A DNA stretch of 64,000 nucleotides from Bacteroidota bacterium (GTDB lineage: Bacteria; Bacteroidota; Ignavibacteria; UBA10030; SZUA-254), in assembly GCA_033854175.1 (NCBI GenBank), contig JAWOKN010000056.1, forward strand, positions 3,736-67,735, read 5' to 3'. Below, one piece after another: positions 58,666 to 64,000 of this stretch. The notes below the pieces were generated by a model. That model was not told where the DNA came from. It searched no databases and saw only the letters and a list, made by a program, of their open reading frames with translations. The number at the start of each line of letters is the position of its first letter. The first letter of the stretch is position 1. The position numbers and the translations under genes are program-made.

Positions 58666-59586
58666 TCAGTGGGAAACTATCTTTAATCCCAGCAGCTCGA
58701 CATCCCTGCGGATCCTATGCTCCTCACCCCAATCGCTCCAGAAGACATCGCCCACCTCGAGGACATAAAAATCCCTCTTGATGCGTTCCAGAAACGCAAG
58801 AGAAAAGTTCACCGAGGGAATCATCCTAAATATCCGCTGAAGGACGGCAGTCTCGTCCGGGGTTCCGAGGGCGGATTTCAGTTCAAAGAACGCTTCATAA
58901 ATGTCGGGGAGTAAAATTTCAAAATGCTGGAGAAACGTTCCGACGTTCCCGACGAGCACCATACTATTCCAGAGATGGCCCTTTTCGTGCAGGCGACCGA
59001 CAACATCAATGGAAGGCTTCTCGATAAAATCCCTGACATGGAAGAGGTTTTTATTCCTATGGGTGGCGATTTTTTCCCCCTTCTCGATCCACCCGTAATT
59101 TTCGTCGGGGTACTGCGGAGCAATACCAAGCGCGATCAGGTGATGAGGAAACCTCGCCGCATGCTGCAGGGCATATTCGATATAGCCCATAAAGCGGACC
59201 TCCTCGAGAATAAAATGGTCTGAGGGAAATATCACGACAAACGCATCCGGATCACGGTTATAGACAGCCAGAAGCGGCAAAAGAATACCGGGGCCGGTTT
59301 CCCGGCAGCACGGCTGAATGATGAGAGTTGACGGAGGCTGGTCGCACAAATCACCCTTCACATAGGGAACATGTGCCTGATCGATAATCGTAAGAATCTG
59401 GTTTACGGGAAAAAGAAGGCGCACGCGGTCCAGGGTATGTCGCAGCATCGACCGCTTTCCGATGATGGTGGCAAACTGTTTCGGGCGGTCGTCGCCGTGC
59501 AACGCGCGGATAAAGCCCTTCAGCCTGCGTCCCTCGCCCCCGGCAAGAATGATTGCCCATGAACGTGTGGTATCACTCACTGACAA
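58666..59586 (-). CDS. Sugar-phosphate nucleotidyltransferase (mannose-1-phosphate guanylyltransferase-like)
   Basis: 'WAIILAGGEGRRL' N-terminal NTP-transferase motif. Confidence 0.7.
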   Translation of the reverse strand: MSVSDTTRSWAIILAGGEGRRLKGFIRALHGDDRPKQFATIIGKRSMLRHTLDRVRLLFPVNQILTIIDQAHVPYVKGDLCDQPPSTLIIQPCCRETGPGILLPLLAVYNRDPDAFVVIFPSDHFILEEVRFMGYIEYALQHAARFPHHLIALGIAPQYPDENYGWIEKGEKIATHRNKNLFHVRDFIEKPSIDVVGRLHEKGHLWNSMVLVGNVGTFLQHFEILLPDIYEAFFELKSALGTPDETAVLQRIFRMIPSVNFSLAFLERIKRDFYVLEVGDVFWSDWGEEHRIRRDVELLGLKIVSH

Positions 59587-59728
59587 TGTTCCCTGATTAT
59601 GTTACGGCAACGTTAACCAACCCCCGATCAAACTGCCATTACCCCTTATGCGAGTAAAATATACCATCGCATGCCGAATTTTGCAACTCCCGGGTGAGGA
59701 ACAGCACGGCGTCAACCGCCGAATCCGC

Positions 59729-59760
59729 AAAAAAATAGCCGGTTCAGACATGAACCGGCC
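59729..59760 (-). terminator. Rho-independent terminator downstream of the radical SAM gene
   Basis: On the minus strand: GCCGGTTCA-TGTC-TGAACCGGC (9-bp stem) followed by TATTTTTTT. It lies about 30 nt after the stop at 59792. Confidence 0.5.
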
Positions 59761-59791
59761 AAGGCGGGGGTTTAGCCCCGGGGGGGACAAC

Positions 59792-61033
59792 CTAGAGAGT
59801 GCTATTCCCGTTCCCCTTCGGGACGCACTGAACCCAGCATCCGAAATTCTTCAATTCCTCAAGGCGGCACGACCAGACAATCTCATTATTCCAGACGGTG
59901 ACATCGGGGCAGCCGTCGCACATATTCTGGCCGCCGTTCGGCATGAAGTCAATAGGCTGGATAATCATGACAGACTGATAGTGGAGACCGCGGAAGAGGA
60001 TTGCAGGACTGGTGAATAATTTCCTGAAAAACCGGCCGGTAATCCTCCGCACGCCCTCATCAAACGGGGAAAGAAGCATCATCGCGCGTCCCCGCCGGGT
60101 ATCCTTCGGTCCGGAATAGGCCAGATAGCGCCCTTTGATCAAATGATGTCCGGTCTGGATAATCTCCATAAACTTCGGGCCGACATAGCCGAGGATGCCG
60201 TCCTTCTTCGTACCGACGCGGCCCGTCAGCAGCCACTTGAACGAATCGGGTTTCTCGGTCCCGTTAAGATACGCGCAGGGGTCGAATTCCGGAAACTTCT
60301 CCCGGATGGTTTTCACCACCTCAGGAGACTGAAGCGCGATATTCCGGGCGGAAGTTTCGGTATAGACCAGTTTCTGCACATCGATTTTCTTGCCCCCGGC
60401 ATACCAGTCAAACGGAAGGGCAGGGATAGCGGCGCGGTAGAGGATAAAGACGATGACATTGACGATATCGATATGCTCCTCGGCCCACTTCACCATTTCC
60501 GGAACATACTGGAGGGTATCCTCATACACGGTCGAATTAAACGCGCAGGAGAAACCGCCCACCTCGGCGAGCATTTCGGCAAGCTGCAGGCGGAATTCAT
60601 TGAGCTCGAGTTCATTCTTATTCTTCCATTTCGGGCGACCCTGTTTGCTGTCGATATGGAAGGTAAAGCCGAACGCCCCGGCGCGTTTCAGATCCAGCAG
60701 GAGCTCCTTCGTCAGCAGCTGACCGTTTGTATTCACAATCGGCTTCATCCCCATCTCGGCGACCATCTCGACGATATCGAGGATCTGGGGATGCATCAGG
60801 GGATCGCCGCCGGCGATCGAAACACCGTCCGCGGTACGGAGGCGGCGGAACGTCTTCAGCTCCTCGCGGACCTCATTGAGCGTCTTGTGGCTGTTCGGTA
60901 CATTCTCCCGGTAGCACCCGTCGCACGCAAGATTGCATGCGGATGTCGGTTCCAGCCAAACGATGGCGTTATCCGGCAGGGTCCAGGGCAAACGGTACAG
61001 GTACCGGTGATCGATAACCGATGGTTCAGTCAT
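59792..61033 (-). CDS. Radical SAM protein with an intact cluster motif and a Cys-rich C-terminal extension (HpnH/DUF3463-like architecture)
   Basis: 'CNLACDGCY' (Cx3Cx2C), 'IAGGDP' in place of GGEP, and a C-terminal 'CDGCPD…C…C' cluster. Confidence 0.75.
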   Translation of the reverse strand: MTEPSVIDHRYLYRLPWTLPDNAIVWLEPTSACNLACDGCYRENVPNSHKTLNEVREELKTFRRLRTADGVSIAGGDPLMHPQILDIVEMVAEMGMKPIVNTNGQLLTKELLLDLKRAGAFGFTFHIDSKQGRPKWKNKNELELNEFRLQLAEMLAEVGGFSCAFNSTVYEDTLQYVPEMVKWAEEHIDIVNVIVFILYRAAIPALPFDWYAGGKKIDVQKLVYTETSARNIALQSPEVVKTIREKFPEFDPCAYLNGTEKPDSFKWLLTGRVGTKKDGILGYVGPKFMEIIQTGHHLIKGRYLAYSGPKDTRRGRAMMLLSPFDEGVRRITGRFFRKLFTSPAILFRGLHYQSVMIIQPIDFMPNGGQNMCDGCPDVTVWNNEIVWSCRLEELKNFGCWVQCVPKGNGNSTL

Positions 61034-61077
61034 GACAACCCCCTTGAAAAAGAATCAGACATACATGATACGAACGC

Positions 61078-61998
61078 TTAATTCATCTGAAGCTGATTAT
61101 GTTCCGCCATGATAATGCCGAGTGCCACTGAGAGGAGCTTTGCATCGGACTTATCCGCCCGTGACGGAATAAGAACGGGAACCCTGCCGCCCACGATAAC
61201 ATGGGCGAGCCGGAGGCCCGCAAAAAACGTAGTACTTTTGGCCAGGCTGTTGGCCGATTCAATATTCGCCGCGATAAGAATCTCCGCGTGGCCGGCGACA
61301 GGTGAATTGATCCTCTTCTCGGCGGCAGCCTCCTCCGAGATCGCGTTATCGAGCGCAAAAGGCCCGTCCACGATGCATCCCTTGATCTGCCCGCGTTCGT
61401 TCATCTTCGAGAGAGCGGCCGCATCAAGCGTCGACGGAAGGTTCGGAAGAACGAACTCCGTAGCCGACAACACGGCCACCTTGGGATTTTCGTTTCCGAG
61501 GGCGTGGGCGACCTCGACGGCGTTGGCGATCAGCTCCATCTTGTTCTTCAGGTCGGGGGCAAGCGTCATACCGCCGTCAGTAATCATAATGAACTTGTTA
61601 TCCCTGCGGGCGGGATACTCCATGATAAAAATATCCGAAAGGAGGCGGCCGGTACGCAGACCCGCATCCTCGTGCAGGACAGCCTTCATCATCGTCGAGG
61701 TATCGATCCCCCCCTTCATCAAGATATCCCCTTTACCGCCCCGGACCAGGTCGACTGTTTTCAGAAGAGCCTCGGACGGATCCGCGGCGGGGACAATCTC
61801 CACGGACCCCTCTCCGTTCAGACCCGCGGAAATCCCGTAGGGGTCACCCACAAGGACAAGATCGGCAAGATGGAGATTCAGGACATCGCGGAGGGCTGCA
61901 AACGTCTCCTCGTTATTCGGATGAACGACAACGACCTTCTTCCGGTCAAGTGTCAGGGCCTTTTTGAGCAGGTCATCAAAATTCTTAATCATCGGCAT
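61078..61998 (-). CDS. ptb: Phosphate butyryltransferase / phosphate acetyltransferase family
   Basis: Pta/Ptb fold (…VAVLSATEF…GPFALDNAIS…). Start taken at MPMIKNF; the ORF is open to 62067. Confidence 0.8.
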   Translation of the reverse strand: MPMIKNFDDLLKKALTLDRKKVVVVHPNNEETFAALRDVLNLHLADLVLVGDPYGISAGLNGEGSVEIVPAADPSEALLKTVDLVRGGKGDILMKGGIDTSTMMKAVLHEDAGLRTGRLLSDIFIMEYPARRDNKFIMITDGGMTLAPDLKNKMELIANAVEVAHALGNENPKVAVLSATEFVLPNLPSTLDAAALSKMNERGQIKGCIVDGPFALDNAISEEAAAEKRINSPVAGHAEILIAANIESANSLAKSTTFFAGLRLAHVIVGGRVPVLIPSRADKSDAKLLSVALGIIMAEHNQLQMN

Positions 61999-63061
61999 AC
62001 TCCTTCGCCTTCTCCTCCCCCCGGAGAACCCGCAGGGCCCCGTCGGCGAGAGCCTGCAGTTCATCATTACCCGTCTGGACGAGAACCGGCGCTATAAACT
62101 TCACCCGATCCTCTATCCACGAGGTAAGCAGTTTTGAGTTCGCGATACCCCCGGTGAGGATAATTGCATCGACAGATCCCGACAGGACAGTGGACATGGC
62201 GCCGATCTCCTTGGAAATCTGGTACGCCATCGCGCGCAGCACCTCTTCCGCCCGGGGATCATCCTGGCCGATTCGCCGTTCGATATCGAGGACGGAATTC
62301 GTGCCGAGGTAGGCGGCGAGGCCGCCCTCGCCCATGATCATCCGGCGGACCTCCCCCTCGGAATACTTACCCGAGAAGCAGAGGCGCAGGAAAGGCTGAA
62401 GCGGGAGACCGCCGGTACGTTCGGGGGAAAACGGACCATCGCTTGCTGCATCGTTGACGTCGATAATCCAGCCTGCGAGGACGGGAGCGATGGAAATACC
62501 GCCGCCCAGGTGGCAGACGATAAACGAGGTGGAGGCGATGGGACGTTGAAACGCCCGGGCAGCCCTATAGGCGGCCGCATGGATGCTCAGGGCATGTGAA
62601 AGGCTGCTCCGCCGGATAAGAGGGTGGCCGGAATAGAAGGAGAGCGGTTCAAACTCATCGGTGGAGACAGGGTCGACCACAAACGACGGGCAGGAAAATT
62701 CCCTGCCGAGGTGATGCGCCAGTGCGCAGCCAAGGTTTGAGGCATGTTCCCCCTGAATATTCTTCCTGGCATCTGTGAGCATAGATTCGGAAACCCTATA
62801 GGTCCCTCCCGGGACAGGGCGAAGAAGGCCGCCCAGGGAAACGACAGCGGAGCAGGCCCGGGCATGTTTTTTTGCCCAGGCAGTGCAGAGGGCAAGCCGG
62901 TCCGCGAACTGGCCCCAGACAGAATCATACTTCTTCAGAAAAGCGGCGTCATGGGAAAAAGTCTCCTTTTCCGTGATGACGCCATTTGCACACAGGGCGA
63001 TCTTTGTCGAGGTAGAACCAGGGTTGACGACCAGGACTATGAGCGCTTCCGCAGGTTCCAT
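61985..63061 (-). CDS. buk: Butyrate kinase
   Basis: N-terminal 'LVVNPGSTSTKIAL' acetate/butyrate kinase motif plus 'ILTGGIANS'. Start at MEPAEALIVLV. Confidence 0.85.
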   Translation of the reverse strand: MEPAEALIVLVVNPGSTSTKIALCANGVITEKETFSHDAAFLKKYDSVWGQFADRLALCTAWAKKHARACSAVVSLGGLLRPVPGGTYRVSESMLTDARKNIQGEHASNLGCALAHHLGREFSCPSFVVDPVSTDEFEPLSFYSGHPLIRRSSLSHALSIHAAAYRAARAFQRPIASTSFIVCHLGGGISIAPVLAGWIIDVNDAASDGPFSPERTGGLPLQPFLRLCFSGKYSEGEVRRMIMGEGGLAAYLGTNSVLDIERRIGQDDPRAEEVLRAMAYQISKEIGAMSTVLSGSVDAIILTGGIANSKLLTSWIEDRVKFIAPVLVQTGNDELQALADGALRVLRGEEKAKEYADD

Positions 63062-63068
63062 AAGAATT

Positions 63069-64000
63069 TCAGGCCACGCTGTTGACGGGCTCAAAAACTT
63101 TTTGTGTTTCCTTCAGATCCTTCGACTGCAGGTACTTATGAATCGCAGCGGCTGCCGTCTTGCCGTCGCGCATGGCAAGGATAACCGTAGCACCGCCACG
63201 GGAAAGGTCACCGCCGGCGAAAATACCCTCTCGGCTCGTACCCTGTTCCTCATTGATCACGACCGTGCCCCGTTTGCTCGTTTCGAGGCCGGGGGTGGTG
63301 GCCTGGATAATGGGATTCGGTTTCTGGCCGACCGCCTCGATGACGGTCTGGACCTGGATGACATACTCCGAACCCTTGATGGGGACGGGGCGTCTGCGGC
63401 CGGATTCATCCGGTTCCCCGAGTTCCATCTTCTGGCATTCCATACCGCACACCCAGTTATTCTTATCCGCGAGGATGCGGGTAGGATTCGTGAGGAGGAC
63501 AAACTCGACCCCTTCCTCCTCGGCGTGATGAATCTCCTCATCACGTGCGGGCATTTCCTCGCGGGAGCGGCGATAGACCAGATAGGCCTTCTTGGCGCCG
63601 AGGCGGAGAGAGGTTCTCACGGCATCCATGGCGGTATTACCGCCGCCGATGACGGCGACCTCCCTGCCGAATTTGATCGGCGTATCGAACTTCGGAAACT
63701 CATACGCCTTCATCAGGTTGACGCGGGTAAGAAACTCATTGGCTGAATAGACCCCGCTCAGGCTCTCGCCGGGGATACCCATAAAGGTGGGGGTACCGGC
63801 GCCCGTGCCGAGGAAGATCGCGTTAAAGCCCCATTCATCAAAGAACTCATCAATCGTGGCAGTACGGCCGACCACGAAGTTTGTATAAATCTTCACGCCC
63901 AGCGCCTTGATCCGGTCCGTTTCCAGGTCCAGGATCGTGCGTGGAAGGCGGAATTCGGGAATACCATAGCGCAGCACCCCTCCCACGGCGTGCAGCGCTT
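63069..64000 (-). CDS. NADPH-dependent glutamate synthase small subunit / sulfide-dehydrogenase SudA-like FAD/NAD oxidoreductase (partial; N-terminus beyond the window)
   Basis: GltD-family Rossmann motifs (VAVIGGGNTAMD…, GIFAGGD). The ORF runs to the window edge. Confidence 0.75.
   Translation of the reverse strand, partial: ALHAVGGVLRYGIPEFRLPRTILDLETDRIKALGVKIYTNFVVGRTATIDEFFDEWGFNAIFLGTGAGTPTFMGIPGESLSGVYSANEFLTRVNLMKAYEFPKFDTPIKFGREVAVIGGGNTAMDAVRTSLRLGAKKAYLVYRRSREEMPARDEEIHHAEEEGVEFVLLTNPTRILADKNNWVCGMECQKMELGEPDESGRRRPVPIKGSEYVIQVQTVIEAVGQKPNPIIQATTPGLETSKRGTVVINEEQGTSREGIFAGGDLSRGGATVILAMRDGKTAAAAIHKYLQSKDLKETQKVFEPVNSVA

Noticed and set aside
1-64000. CRISPR arrays, tRNA/rRNA genes, and intact mobile elements or prophage
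   Set aside because: No direct-repeat/spacer periodicity and no tRNA-like cloverleaf (e.g. GTTCGAATC T-arm) seen in the intergenic regions examined. Only one degenerate IS3 fragment is present.

Overview
This is a 64-kb chromosomal window of about 60% GC, coding-dense, with no rRNA, tRNA or CRISPR detected. Two secreted proteins end in a type-9-secretion (T9SS) C-terminal sorting domain ('NYPNPFNPST...'), which suggests an FCB-group bacterium such as Ignavibacteriota, Chlorobiota or Bacteroidota. The gene content is anaerobic and ferredoxin-centred.

Main metabolic content:
- a four-subunit 2-oxoacid:ferredoxin oxidoreductase (delta-alpha-beta-gamma) and a homodimeric pyruvate:ferredoxin oxidoreductase (PFOR/NifJ)
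- NADP-malic enzyme, alanine dehydrogenase, glutamate dehydrogenase, a CoA-transferase, and butyrate kinase with phosphotransbutyrylase
- cytochrome bd oxidase (cydAB) and ferrous-iron uptake (feoAB)

Most interesting observations:
1. Inside the long minus-strand oxidoreductase operon sits a cassette of a radical-SAM/SPASM-fold protein that has lost its CxxxCxxC and GGE motifs, two paralogous 8-cysteine small proteins, a small helical protein and a PLP-dependent Cys/Met-family enzyme. A thioredoxin-fold protein lacking CxxC sits nearby.
2. On the plus strand, an NrfC/HybA-type Fe-S subunit and an NrfD/HybB-type membrane subunit have no catalytic partner in the window and are flanked by two GcvH-fold proteins whose lipoyl-lysine position is substituted.
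3. Directly downstream lies a sensor histidine kinase whose periplasmic domain carries CxxCH and Cx4CH heme-c-like motifs, paired with a sigma-54 activator. A good sigma-54 promoter sits upstream of a T9SS-exported nonaheme cytochrome c with an internal duplication.
4. A 26-bp palindromic operator-like motif is seen twice: right after an Rrf2-family regulator gene and upstream of feoAB.

Also present:
- a HypC-like small protein lacking Cys2 downstream of cydAB
- an IS3 transposase remnant
- a pair of DUF3795 paralogs
- a BNR/Asp-box repeat protein with a T9SS domain
- a rhodanese–DUF302 sulfur-handling cluster
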